Shown here piece after piece: positions 25,153-38,358 of a stretch of 64,000 nucleotides of DNA. The DNA comes from Eledone cirrhosa (Eukaryota). The stretch covers positions 25,606,001 through 25,670,000 of the forward strand of contig OZ024753.1 in NCBI GenBank assembly GCA_964016885.1, read 5' to 3'. Under the pieces are notes generated by a model, which searched no databases, was not told the DNA's origin, and was given only the letters and a program-made list of their open reading frames with translations. Numbering within the stretch: the first letter of the stretch is position 1; each line of letters opens with the position of its first letter. A program made the position numbers and the translations under genes.

Positions 25153-28100
25153 GACGACCAGAGTCACTAACGACGGATAGTGCGCTCTGCGAAACATCAT
25201 CCAAGCGCCATCTTTTTATTGAGGACCTGCTATCAGGTAGAGCCTTTCTTTTTGACACAGGTGCAGCTTGTTCAATATGGCCTGTGTGTTGTATGAAGGA
25301 GACTCACCCTGAGTCACCTATTGAGTTGCAGGCAGTAAATTGTTCGCCGATTCGAACCTTCGGACAAATCTCGCTACCTTTGCAGTTCCGTAATCTGCGG
25401 CGTGAGTTTAAATGGATTTTTACTGTCGCTGCTTTGCCGTATCCGATTCTAGGCGCTGATTTTCTCCACCATTTTTCATTGACGGTGGACCTCCGTCGTA
25501 AACGCCTAATTGATGATATCACTGGTTTTTCTGTTGTTGACAAGGCAGCAGGAGTTCCAAAGGTTAGCCCGACCTTTTTTCTTGCTAACACCGGCGATAC
25601 TTACCATGCGTTGTTGAAGTCGTTCCCGCAACTGACTCAGGGAAATTTTCGAGTTGATGAGCCAACTCATACCACGGAGCACTTCATAACTACAACTGGT
25701 GCTCCCGTTTTTTCTCGTCCTCGTCGCTTGCCTCCGGACAAACTCAAAGCAGCACGATCAGAGTTTGATCATATGCTGCAGTTGGGGATTATTCGTCCGT
25801 CCACGAGCCCGTGGGCGTCCCCATTACACATGGTACCGAAAGCGACTGGCGATTGGAGACCTACTGGAGATTATCGACGCTTAAATTCAATAACGGAATC
25901 GGACCGTTATCCTATCCCTCATCTGCAAGACTTTGCGTCTTCGTTGCAGGGATGCAATGTATTCTCCAAACTAGATTTAATTCGTGCGTACCATCAAATT
26001 CCTGTCCATAAAAATGACATTCCAAAAACGGCTATAGTTACGCCATTTGGGTCATTTGAGTTTTTGACCATGCCGTTCGGATTAAGGAATGCCGCTAGTA
26101 CGTTTCAGCGGTTTATGGATGAGGTTACTCGTGGCCTCGATTTCGTTTATACATATATTGACGACCTGCTCATTGCTAGTTCTTCTCAAGAACAACATAC
26201 GCACCATTTAAATCTTCTTTTCCGCCGATTGAAGGCGTATAACGTGCAGATTAATGCACCCAAATGTGTTTTTGGTGCTGAGTCACTGACTTTCTTGGGT
26301 CACGTCATCGATGCTGACGGTATTCGACCCCGGCCTGAGCGAGTTAAGGTCATAGAGGATTTGCCTCCACCGACCTCACTACGTCAGTTACGCCAGTTCT
26401 TAGGCCTGATCAATTTTTATAGGCGTTTCGTGCCAAATTGTGCAAGATTGCTTTTCTCCCTGACGGAAATTAAAAAAAATTGTCGGAAGAAGAATAAAAA
26501 CATTTCTTTAACCGAGACTCAACTTGCTGATTTTCAGCACGCCAAAACTTCTTTGGCTAATGCTTCTTTACTGGCTCACCCGGTACCCGGTGCAAAGCTA
26601 ACGCTTTGTGTTGATGCATTGGATATCGCTGTGGGCGCAGTGCTACAACAAAACATCAATGGTTACCAGCAACCGCTGGAGTTTTTTTCCAGAAAAATGA
26701 AACCTGCTGAGATGCGCTACAGCACCTTTGGAAGGGATCTTTTAGCCATCTATTTAGCCGTGAAACATTTTTCACATATGCTAGAGGGTAGACTATTTAC
26801 TATCCTCACTGACCATTAACTTTTGCGTTGAGAGCGAAGGCTGATAAATACTCGCCCAGAGAGACGAGGCACCTTGATTTCATCTCGCAATATACGAACG
26901 ATATCCAACACATTCCGGGTTCACCGAATACAGCGGCCGATGACAGCGATCTCGTCACCCTCTGACATAGATCTGACTCGTTTGGCTGCGGATCAGCCTC
27001 CCCTTGAGTCATTGGATGTTTCATCGCCTGAGTTTGCGAATTGCGAGATGAAATACTTGCCTCTGTCGACTGCAGTTGGCCAAATTCTCTGCGACGTCTC
27101 TTTGGACGTGCCTAGGCCCTTCGTTCCAGAGAATCATCGTCGGACCGTGTTTCTGGCATTACATAGTTTCTCACATCCAGGATCTTCTGCCACAGTAAAG
27201 CTCATATCAGCTATATTTTTCTGGCCAAATATGAGGCGTGAAATTGCTGCTTGGTGCCGTTCCTGCGTCGCTTGCCAGAAATCAAAGGTCCATCGACACG
27301 TCAAGGCTGCCCTGGGTACCTTTACTAACCCAGATGCGCGTTTTTCGCACATTCACATTGATATAGTGGGACCTTGGCCTATCAGCGACGGTTATTCTTA
27401 TCTGCTGACTATAGTTGACCGTTTTTCGAGATGGCCTGAAGCCATCCCCTTGAAAAACATCACCGCTGAGACAACAGTGCGTGCTCTTGTGTCTGGATGG
27501 ATCTCTCGTTATGGAGTTCCATCCACAGTAACTACCGACCGTGGACGACAGTTCGAGTCGAGCCCTTTCCTCGAACTGCCAAAATTAATTAGTGCTAAAC
27601 GCATCAGAACTACGGCGTACCATCCCGCTTCGAATGGTATGGTGGAGCGTTTTCACCGACAACTGAAGGCCCCCTTAATGGTCTCAATGGACTCGGCGCG
27701 TTGGAGCGAGTACCTCCCTATTGTGCTATTAGGGATTCGGTCAACGGTGAAGGTCGACTTTGGATTTTCACCGGCCGAAGTACTGTACGGTGCCCCTCTG
27801 ACGTTGCCCGGGCAAATGCTTGCCCCTATCGATCTTGATGCCCAAGATCACGCTTCCTACGTGTCCCGTTTGCGCTCCTATTTCCAGGATTTGCCGCCAA
27901 AGGACACTAGGAAACAAACTGTCAAGACTGCTGTCCCGAGGGATGTTGCCTCGTGGACACATGTCTTTGTAAGGAAAGATTCTGTGAAGCCCCCGCTCAC
28001 ACAGCCTTACACTGGACCTTACCGTGTCTTAGCGCGCTCGGCTAAGCATTTCACTCTAGATATTAAAGGGTCCAGGGAGACAGTTACAATAGACAGGCTT

Positions 28101-28301
28101 AAGCAGGCACATCTGGACACGGACGCTGTGGTTCCTGATCCACGAACCCCTTCGTATTTGCCTGTTGAGCGAACGCCTGTTCCTGAACCACCATCATCGC
28201 CTGTCACTACACCACCACCATCGCCACGTTACAAGACCAGGACCCATTCAGGTCGTAGGGTCCACTGGCCCAAAAGAATTTGCAGCACCGTCTATATTTA
28301 G
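25150..28301 (+). pseudogene. pol: Gypsy pol (protease, RT, RNase H, integrase), frameshifted
   Basis: FDTGA protease; [28 protein letters not shown]; TDH RNase H; [24 protein letters not shown] integrase; PYTGPY. Confidence 0.93.
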
Positions 28302-29514
28302 ACTGTTAGCTGCACCTTTGTTTTTGCTTCTGTGTTTCTCCTTTTTTTTTGCCTTTTTTTTTATGCATGCATGTTTTTTAACATTTTTCAAATCCTTATT
28401 CTGGATTTAACGATTGGTAGAGCGAATAGATCCCCCTTGTTGCCTTGTTCACCATCTTACTCCACGTGTGAGTAATAACATCGATTTTCGATGATTTGAA
28501 AATCTGGCAGGGGATACTGTAGTAAGACGCCTTACGCCCCCTGTCGGATAATGGACCAGGCCTAGTTGTCTCCCCCTGGTTGAGAACACTATTTAAGTAA
28601 GCAGCAGTATTACTTTCTCAGACAAGCCACGGAGACAGCAAACAGCAGACGGCCTTTGTACCACGAAACAGCAGACAGCCTTTGGACCACGAGATCACAC
28701 AGATGCCAATACACTGAACTCCTATGCCGAAGCCACAAAGATAGTGTTGGCCGAGCACTTGCTCATAACTGATTTCACTTTACTGGTCCCGTCACATTGG
28801 TGACCCAGACGTGGGCGTTACATTGGTGACCCACGACAATTGTAATACGTTGCCTTCATTTCAACTGATCACGTCTATATTGGTATGTTGTTTCATTTGT
28901 AATATAACAAACACATAATAGACAAAATAAACATCATCCTTATTTACATTGTTGAATAGAACTCTCGTTGTGGTTATTATCTTGTCTACACACCCACCCA
29001 CTCACTTGTTATAATTCTATGGAGTACTTATCCTCTCACTTACGAAAATGGTAAATAGACGGGGGACTTTCCCTCACGTCTATATTGATAAACTATCCAA
29101 CAAGGATTACTACATAACCGTCGAAATGGCTTGAGCTCTGCCGTCGGGGTCATACTTTTTCCTATATATATATATATATATGGAGTGAAAAAAATAAAAA
29201 TGCCAAAATTATGACCGGTTTAGATAATATGAAATAATTTGAGAATACGCCTGGCTGGGTTTGATTTAATTAGCGGCAGAAAGAATCAACAAAAAAAGTT
29301 CAAAAATTGATTAAAATAAAATAAAAATATAAATAAAAAGAAAGATGAACCGAACCAAATAAATTTAAATAGAAACTTTTGGTGTGAAAATCGCAGCTAC
29401 ACATTATTTTTTCGATAACAAGCGGAAAATTGAATGGAGAAAATATATACATTAGATTATATATTCTATACTGTAAATATATAACTAACATGCTGAAACA
29501 TTCTTATTTATATT

Positions 29515-31796
29515 AGATAGGACGAGGGCTGTCACCAGAGTGTTAGCCAAACTAACTGACCATGGTCACGTCACAAAGATAGGACGAGGGCTGACACCAG
29601 AGTGTTACCCAAACTATCTGACCATGGTCACGGCACAAAGATAGGACGAGGGCTGACACCAGAGTATTAGCCAAACTAACTGACCATGGTCACGCCACAA
29701 AGATAGGACGGGGGCTGACACCAGAGTATTAGCCAAACTAACTGACCATGGTCATGCCACAAAAATAGGACGAGGACTGACACCAGAGTATTAGCCAAAC
29801 TATCTGACCATGGTCACGGCACAAAGATAGGACGAGGACTGACACCAGAGTATTAGCCAAACTATCTGACCATGGTCACGGCACAAAGATAGGACGAGGG
29901 CTGACACCAGAGTATTAGCCAAACTAACTGACCATGGTCACGGCACAAAGATAGGACGAGGGCTGACACCAGAGTGTTACCCAAACTATCTGACCATGGT
30001 CACGGCACAAAGATAGGACGAGGGCTGACACCAGAGTATTAGCCAAACTAACTGACCATGGTCACGCCACAAAGATAGGACGGGGGCTGACACCAGAGTA
30101 TTAGCCAAACTAACTGACCATGGTCATGCCACAAAAATAGGACGAGGGCTGACACCAGAGTGTTACCCAAACTATCTGACCATGGTCACGGCACAAAGAT
30201 AGGACGAGGGCTGACACCAGTGTATTAGCCAAACTAACTGACCATGGTCACGGCACAAAGATAGGACGAGGGCTGACACCAGAGTATTAGCCAAACTAAC
30301 TGACCATGGTCACGGCACAAAGATAGGACGAGGGCTGACACCAGAGTGTTACCCAAACTATCTGACCATGGTCACGGCACAAAGATAGGACGAGGGCTGA
30401 CACCAGAGTATTAGCTAAACTAACTGACCATGGTCACGGCACAAAGATAGGACGAGGGCTGACACCAGAGTATTAGCCAAACTAACTGACCATGGTCACG
30501 GCACAAAGATAGGACGAGGGCTGACACCAGAGTGTTACCCAAACTACCTGTCCATGGTCATGCCACAAAGATAGGACGAGGGCTGACACCAGAGTGTTAC
30601 CCAAACTACCTGATATGGTCACGCCACAAAGATAGGACGAGGGCTGACACCAGAGTATTACCCAAACTAACTGACCATGGTCACGTCACAAAGATAGGAC
30701 GAGGGCTGACACCAGAGTATTAGCCAAACTACCTGATATGGTCACGTCACAAAGATAGGACGAGGGCTGACACCAGAGTGTTAACCAAACTAACTGACCA
30801 TGGTCACGGCACAAAGATAGGACGAGGGCTGTCACCAGAGTATTAGCCAAACTAACTGACCATGGTCATGCCACAAAGATAGGACGAGGGCTGACACCAG
30901 AGTATTAGCCAAACTAACTGACCATGGTCACGCCACAAAGATAGGACGAGGGCTGACACCAGAGTATTAGCCAAACTAACTGACCATGGTCACGGCACAA
31001 AGATAGGACGAGGGCTGACACCAGAGTATTAGCCAAACTACCTGATATGGTCACGTCACAAAGATAGGACGAGGGCTGACACCAGAGTGTTACCCAAACT
31101 ACCTGTCCATGGTCACGTCACAAAGATAGGACGAGGGCTGACACCAGAGTGTTACCCAAACTAACTGACCATGGTCACGTCACAGAGATAGGACGAGGGC
31201 TGACACCAGAGTATTAGCTAAACTACCTGATATGGTCACGTCACAAAGATAGGACGAGGACTGACACCAGAGTGTTAGCCAAACTAACTGACCATGGTCA
31301 CGTCACAAAGATAGGACGAGGGCTGACACCAGAGTGTTACCCAAACTAACTGACCATGGTCACGTCACAGAGATAGGACGAGGGCTGACACTAGAGTATT
31401 AGCTAAACTACCTGATATGGTCACGTCACAAAGATAGGACGAGGGCTGACACCAGAGTGTTAGCCAAACTACCTGATATGGTCACGTCACAAAGATAGGA
31501 CGAGGGCTGACACCAGAGTGTTAGCCAAACTAACTGACCATGGTCACGTCACAAAGATAGGACGAGGGCTGACACCAGAGTATTAGCCAAACTAACTGAC
31601 CATGGTCACGTCACAAAGATAGGACGAGGGCTGGCACCAGAGTGTTACCCAAACTAACTGACCATGGTCACGTCACAAAGATAGGACGAGGGCTGACACC
31701 AGAGTGTTAGCCAAACTAACTGACCATGGTCACGTCACAAAGATAGGACGAGGGCTGACACCAGAGTGTTACCCAAACTATCTGACCATCGTCACA
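29515..31796. repeat. 62-bp tandem repeat, ~37 copies, with internal palindrome TGACCATGGTCA
   Basis: AGATAGGACGAGGGCTGACACCAGAG recurs every 62 bp. Confidence 0.95.
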
Positions 31797-31857
31797 GCGA
31801 GTACTACACGGTTCGTTGCTTCCTCCAAACTCTGAGTTATGAAAAATTACCTAAGAT

Positions 31858-32088
31858 TAAAAGTCCAAAGTCTGTCTCGAGCCCGGGGGTTTACCAGGCT
31901 GGTGCTTATCTCGGTTTTCATAGCATGAAGCGACTAAGTGTACCCCACTCCTGGACAGGACACCAGTCCATCGCAGGGTTAACCCCCCTGTTATTGCTGG
32001 TACTTCTTTTCCCCTGAGTATACTGGAGCAACGTGAAATGAAGTTCAACAATATAACTCACAACCCAGTCCAGGAATCGAACTCCACT
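31858..32088 (-). mobile_element. tRNA/CORE-like SINE with a different (L2-like) tail
   Basis: Minus strand GAGTTCGATTCC B box, CACGTTGCTCCAG core, CTGCGATGGACTG..TAGTCGCTTCATGCTA..GGCTCGAGACAGACTT. Confidence 0.65.
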
Positions 32089-32299
32089 AGTCAACAATGT
32101 TCAACACTCATATACAAGAGTCTATGAATGTCAATATTTTGGTGGGAGTGTGACATCACTAATATCAGACGATCTGGAGGGGGGAATGAGACAATGTTAG
32201 AGTTCTCGCCCTTATGTAAGTGGATGGGGCTTCATGTGGGACAGGACGTTAAACAATTTTACAGATTTTCCGAATTAGAAAACAAAACAACAACAATTC

Positions 32300-32460
32300 T
32301 CACGGCATATGTCGAACATGGCGACATTATTAACTACATCTTGAGTTTAAATCCCGCCGAGGTTAACTTTGCCTTTCATCCTTACGGGGTCGATAAAATA
32401 AAGTACCAGTAATGTACTGGATAATTACTAGCCTTGTGCCAAAAGTACAAACAATTATTA
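32300..32460 (+). mobile_element. SINE family A, 5'-degraded
   Basis: AAATCCCGCCGAGGTTAACTTTGCCTTTCATCCTTACGGGGTCGATAAAATAAAGTACCAG. Confidence 0.8.
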
Positions 32461-32699
32461 ACTACATCTTGTTCCACTATAATGAGTTATTTTTCGATGA
32501 AGGTTCAAATACCTTGGCCTCAAAATTACTTTCACTCTTCTACAATCGATAAAAATGTATCATATTGGGGGTATTTATTAAATCAATTGATCTTTTGGCA
32601 ACAGTGTAAATCAATTTAATGGCTAAAATAAACAAAGAAACCATCTTTATAATGTCCCCACGACCCTCTGAAGAATAAGTGGACGAAGAACAAGTTCAA

Positions 32700-32960
32700 T
32701 ATAATTGTTTCTAGTTTTGGCACAAGGCCAGCAATTATCCCAGTGCATTACTGGTACTTTATTTTATCGACCCCGTAAGGATGAAAGGCAAAGTTAACCT
32801 CGGCGGGATTTGAACTCAGACCATAAAGGGCCGTAGCTCTTTGCTACAAAGCATGGCGTCCGACCCTCTACCGATACTGCCTCTCCACCGTCGATAAAAT
32901 AAAGTACCAGTAATGCACTGGGTATTTGCTGGCCTTGTGCCTAAAGTAGAAACCAATATA
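32700..32960 (-). mobile_element. SINE family A (minus, 32700-32882) fused to an inverted 3' fragment (32889-32960)
   Basis: Full minus copy followed directly by plus-strand GTCGATAAAATAAAGTACCAG..AGTAGAAAC. Confidence 0.8.
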
Positions 32961-33052
32961 ATGTCGTGAAACAACGTCATTGCTTTTCAAAGAATCATCA
33001 CAAGTGATCTAGCCCACAATATATATAACTATATGTATGTATGTATGTATGT

Positions 33053-35122
33053 TCTTCTGGTTTTATAATTTCACAAAGTTTTACCAATAGAGAAAGAGTC
33101 GGTTTCTAACATAGACACAAGATTCTCTCATTGGAATTTACACAACATCAACTAGGTAGATATGTATGTATGCATGCGTGTGTCGATATGGATGTTATTG
33201 TATGTGTGGATGTGTATGTTTTGAGTTGTATGTGTGCATGTGTATATGCTTTGTATCTGTACATGTGTATATGCAGTTATTAGATGCAAAATGTTTGGAA
33301 TGTTTTACATATTTTTACTGTTCCATTAATGGATTGTACTTGTAATTTCCTAACTAGTTGTGTTCTTTCTGTTCCTGTGAAGCCTAGCTTCTCAAGATTT
33401 GTATTGACGCAGTTACTAACATATCCCACTGCCCCAATAATCACAGGTATAAATCTGAAGGTGTAGTCAGCGTGAAGTATCTGCAGATTTCTCATCAGTT
33501 CTGCATAAATGTTCTCCTGTTCGCTAATCTTTGATATTATATTGGCATCTGCTGGGCAGCTAACTTCCACTACTGTGCATGCCTTCTTTTCCCTGTCCCA
33601 TATTATAATATCTGGTCTGTTATGCCTGCATTTTATTGGGGTTTTTACTGGAACATTCCACCAGTACTCTTTCATATTATGTACATGGATGTCTTCCACA
33701 TTGTTGTAGCTTTTAATGTGTTTATTATCGGGGCTATCCTTTTTACGAACTGCATTGTACAGTGTTTTGGCCACTACATCATGCCTCATAGGTAGATAGC
33801 ACCGCAATGACATCTTTGGACAGCTGCTGATGACATGGGTGATATCCTCGATGTTAGTTCTGCAGAGTCTGCACTTGTTATCACATCTAGGTGTTTTGCC
33901 TGCATCCCTATCTCTTTTGTGAATCAGGTACTTCGTGCTAATCTCCTGTTCCTGGATTGCAAAAACGTATCCTTCAAAGTGGGAGCCAATATAGCAGTTG
34001 TTGGTCCAAGACAGACTACTTTCCTTATCTATATTACTCTCACTCTGGAGCTTCCTGGCAACATATCCATGCATGATTTTTTGCTGATAGGCATGCAGTT
34101 TTTGATCCACGGATTCACTGCGATACTGCTGGGCGACATCCCTGGGTGTGAGTTTTTGATTATCACACAGGGAATATCTCTCAAGGAGTTCCTTCCCAAC
34201 TCTCATTATCTTATCTGTTTCATGCAGATAGACTTGCTCGAGAAACGGGCTCCTACGCTTCGAGGTTCGTAGATGTTGTCGGAGAGATATGATGCGACAT
34301 TCAAATGTTGTCTGCACTGATGTTAGGCCTCTGCCTCCCTGCTTACGTTTCAAGTAAAGGCGGTCTATGTCACTGTTGATGTGGAAGTTTTCGGTGTTGT
34401 TCAGTATTTTTCGAGTTCCAACATCAACTGCTCGGATTTCGTCTATCGTCCAATTGAGTATTCCAAACGTTTGTGTTAGGACAGGCACAGCAAACACATT
34501 GTGAGCCACTGTTTTATTTTGACCGATGACCAGATCTTTCTTAATCGCGTTCTTTATTACAGATACCATTATAGGATATGTTCTCATCTATCACCAGGTA
34601 TCTGTAGCAGTCCTCATCAGATATCGGTGAAACAGTTAGGCCATTGATGACAATGTTGCTAGATTGGGTTGTAGTTTTTCCCCGCTTTACAGTCATGCAT
34701 GAGCATTTATCTTGGCCAAACTCCATTCCTATATCCTTTGAGAACGTTGTAACCAGGTCAAGATTTTTCTTCATCCCATCCATGTTCTTGGCATAGAGTT
34801 TCAGATCGTCCACAAAGAAATTATGAGTTAGGTTCGTTATTCTGTCCTCCTGTGAGCCAATGATGTATCCCTCACATTTCTTGAGCAGAAAGGTCAAGGG
34901 GTTTAATGACAAGATGAATAATATCACAGAGAGACTGTCCCCCTGAAATATACCCCTGCAATATTTTATTTTATCAGTGAAAATAGAGTTCTCCCTCTCT
35001 GTTTTTAAACTTAGGATAGTAGCCCAAGAAGAAGACAGCCTCTCTATGCCTCTGACAATAATGTCTGGGACTTTAGCAAGTTGGAGGGCCTCTATCATCC
35101 AAGAGTGGGGAACAGAATCGAA
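33053..35122 (-). mobile_element. 5'-truncated R4/Dong-like RLE retrotransposon
   Basis: FDSVPH, RGIFQGDSLS, FVDDLKLY RT; CRLC..H...C, RHD, RPDIIIWD RLE; (TATG)n on both sides. Confidence 0.93.
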
Positions 35123-35199
35123 ATGTGTGTATGTATGTATGTATGTATGTATGTATGTATGTATGTATGTATGTATGTATGTATGTATGTATGTATGTA

Positions 35200-35446
35200 T
35201 CTTCGGGTTTCCCAATAGAGAGAGAGTCATTGGACTTTACACAACATCAACTAGGTAGATATGTATGTCTGCATGTCTAGATATGGATGTTATTGTATGT
35301 GTGGATGTGGATGTTTTGAGTTGTATGTGTGCATGTGTATATACTTTGTATCTGTACATGTGTATATGCAGTTATTAGATGTAACATTTTTGGAATGTGT
35401 TACATATTTTTACTGTTCCATTAATGGATTGTACTTGTAATTTCCT
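35200..35446 (-). mobile_element. Short 3' fragment of the same R4-like family
   Basis: Matches 33085-33350; flanked by (TATG)n. Confidence 0.85.
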
Positions 35447-35458
35447 ATGTATGTATGT

Positions 35459-35790
35459 TCCATCTTTCACTTAATTTTGTGTTTTTGAGCGGCCATCTTC
35501 CCAGTGGTAAGGTTGTAATGGAAAGGAAATTGTCACGTGTTCTGTGTAATAGTAAGAATGTTTTACAAATGTCGAAGGTTCCAGAAATCACGGCCATATG
35601 TAGTTTATAAGGAACTCTGATTGATCTCCATATATCGAAGGTCTAATTTAGTTCAGAGGGGTTGGTATATAAGCTAAAGCTCCAATAATGACGGGTATTA
35701 ATCTGAATGTGTATCTTGGATATTAGATCTGCATCAATAAAATCAATTTGCTTCGGGAAACTCCGAGTACCCAGGAAGGTATACGTCAGT
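35459..35790 (-). mobile_element. Diverged R4-like 3' fragment (second subfamily)
   Basis: Minus strand YTFRLIPVIIGALAYI and KLHMAVISGTFDICKTFL, homologous to YTFRFIPVIIGAVGYV / KLQVQSINGTVKICKTF. Confidence 0.7.
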
Positions 35791-35818
35791 TTGCCCTTTT
35801 ATTTAACACAGTATATAT

Positions 35819-35881
<63 letters not shown>

Positions 35882-36125
35882 AGTGTAACTTGGAGTTACT
35901 GCAGGTTCACCCGGGTGAGCACTCGACGTTTAGGTTCACTTCTGTGTTGAGGTATAGAGCTATACAGAGTGTAATATATTGAAAGAGTATATATATATAT
36001 ATATATATCCACACACACACACACGCATATACATATATGTAAAAGGTAAACAAAAATAACAAAACAAACAGGACAGTACATGGAAGAAATATATTAGTTT
36101 AACGCTTGAAATAGCAGGAAGAGAG

Positions 36126-36161
36126 TCTTAACGTTTCGGACACTAGTCCTTCATCAGAAGA
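36126..36161 (-). ncRNA. Minimal type I hammerhead ribozyme in a pLTR-like fragment
   Basis: Minus: TCTT-CTGATGA-A-GGAC(TAGT)GTCC-GAAA-CG-TT-AAGA. Confidence 0.8.
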
Positions 36162-37055
36162 TAGTTTTAGAAATAGAAGATAAATAGAAAATAAAGAGTG
36201 ATAAGAGGAAGGAACGGAGAAAAATTAGGAAAAAATTGCGGAGTAAAAAGCCAGACGTGTATATTCAGTCGGCCATCATGAAGTATATACCCTACCGGCA
36301 ATGATAATGTTTACAAAGGTGGTGCCCCAGCATTGCCTATGAGACTTCCAACTCAGGGTAACAGAGGAAGGCGACATCCACACCTGCTTCTATAAAAAGC
36401 CGCCAGCAGGGACCTATTCGTCCATTTCAGGTCAGCCCTCCAACTCGGTGCTAAGTTCGGATACATAAGGAACAAACTAACACACATCCGGAACAAATGC
36501 ACCGACGCAAGAGACAGAGACACACACTCCACACACTTCCTGGAAGTACTTAAACTGAACTGATACCCGACGTCCACCGCGAACCGTGCCAGAAACAACA
36601 GAGGACACCACACCCAGGACTTTCTGAAGCTCCCACACTTCAGTGACGAAACAACAACAGCAGGGCTATCAAACGAGAGGGACTAGATATCCAGCTATCC
36701 CACTCAGGGCCTTCCCTACGCGGACAGCTAGCCAAAATACAGACAATACAGACAATACAGCCGCTGCACGCTGGCCAACTGCCCCATCGACGACACAGAC
36801 CTATGCCACCAGGCATACGTCGTCTACAGATTAGAGTGCGACAAATGTAACAATTTGTACACAGGTAGGTAGCACCACCTGACCACTTCACATTAGAATA
36901 AAAGAACACCTCAACACTAATGCTTCATCATTTAAGAAACACCTGCAGAAATGTAAAAACACCAACAAAAACATAATAGTTAGGATAGAAGCTAAACCTC
37001 GGCAATCTTAGAATTAAAGAAGCATTAATTATAGACAAAACGCAACCACCAATCA

Positions 37056-37233
37056 ATAATTGTTTCTACTTTAGGCACAAGGCCAGCAATTACTCAGTGC
37101 ATTACTGGTACTTTATTTTATCGACCCGTAAGGATGAAAGGCAAAGTGAACCTCGGCGGGATTTGAACTCAGATCGTAAAGGGATGTAACTATGCTGGAA
37201 AGCATGGCGTCCGACCCTCTACCGATACTGCCC
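37056..37233 (-). mobile_element. SINE family A inserted in PLE, 15-bp TSD
   Basis: TSD CCACCAATCAATAAT at 37046-37060 and 37232-37246. Confidence 0.9.
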
Positions 37234-37509
37234 ACCAATCAATAATAGATTAGAACTCAACACCCAATTTTTAACATGATAGCGCACCTAGCCCCACACT
37301 TACATCTCCACGTACCCTCTCTCTCACACACGCACGCTTACACCTCCACTTATTCTCTCTCACACACACTTAGACATACATGTGCAAACCCTTTAAAGAG
37401 AGACAACTCTTTATCCACTTTGACATTAGAAGTAGAATAGAATTTTATACTACTTCCGGTCAGCATGACATAGCAACCCACTCAGAACACTGAATTAACC
37501 CCTTTACTT

Positions 37510-37546
37510 TCCTCAGATGAAGAGATGTTATCTCGAAATATCAGGA
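37510..37546 (+). ncRNA. Hammerhead ribozyme in PLE 3' UTR with core mutation (CAGATGA)
   Basis: TCCT-CAGATGA-A-GAGAT(GTT)ATCTC-GAAA-TA-TC-AGGA. Confidence 0.65.
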
Positions 37547-37689
37547 TATATAAATAAATTAAGGTAAAAGACTAATTGTCAGCGTTATCTTTTGCATTTG
37601 TATTTATATTCTATATCCAAACGTGCATTGTTCTGGCCTTCTAACGTCAGACGTTTATACCTCACAATGCTTCAAGAAAACTACCAATT

Positions 37690-37771
<82 letters not shown>

Positions 37772-38075
37772 CTAAGGCGGGTAAAATTCCCGAGATCCAT
37801 GGACGAGTTCTCTCCAGCGGTCTCTGTCCCTCATTATCGCTGCCATATCCTGCGTCTCCAACAGACCAGTGTCTGTCCTTAGGGCATCAACATACGTTAA
37901 CCTTGGTCTTCCTCTTCTAGTGTGTCCATGTAGGGGCTCCCAAAGGAGCACTGAGTGCAATGTCAACTCTGGATGTTGGTGAACATGTCCAGCTAACCCC
38001 AGTCTCCCCTGTGTCACTTTTGAGCTGACTTTTGGGATGCTCCCATACAGCTCTGAGTTTTTCATCCTCAGTGTA
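37772..38075 (-). mobile_element. RTE/RTEX-like LINE 3' fragment
   Basis: NSELYGSIPKVSSKV..RLGLAGHVHQHPE..LLWEP..RGRPRLTYVD..DRDRWR. Confidence 0.8.
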
Positions 38076-38213
38076 TACTGATTAATGTTCATGTATGTAT
38101 ATATATATATATATATATTTGGAAATACGGTCATTTAAATATAACTTATTCGTTATGTAAAATTGCATTTCTTTCTCCCCCCCCTCTCTCTCTATATATA
38201 TATATATATACAT

Positions 38214-38244
<31 letters not shown>

Positions 38245-38358
38245 ATAAAGTATGTCCATAGAATCATTTGATAAAATATATACATCATCTCCTCTCCCAA
38301 TCAACATAATCAACCACACAAAAAATATAACTATTATATATATATAACTATTATATAT

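Larger units (their letters stand above)
23120..29114 (+). mobile_element. Gypsy/Ty3 LTR retrotransposon, CsRn1 clade, full-length but frameshifted
   Basis: LTRs 23120-23725 and 28518-29114 (TGTAGTAA...TTAC[C/T]ACA), TSD TAAC (23116-23119, 29115-29118), PBS TGGTAACCCCGAC, PPT-like GGCAGGGGA, gag-PR-RT-RH-IN order. Confidence 0.95.
36343..37680 (+). mobile_element. Degenerate Penelope-like element (RT C-terminus, GIY-YIG, 3' UTR), interrupted by a SINE
   Basis: Reverse-complement homolog of 41260-41950; VVYRLECDKC and RIKEHL motifs. Confidence 0.85.

Noticed and set aside
29515-31796. 62-bp palindrome-containing array as CRISPR
   Set aside because: Units are contiguous with no unique spacers and there are no cas genes
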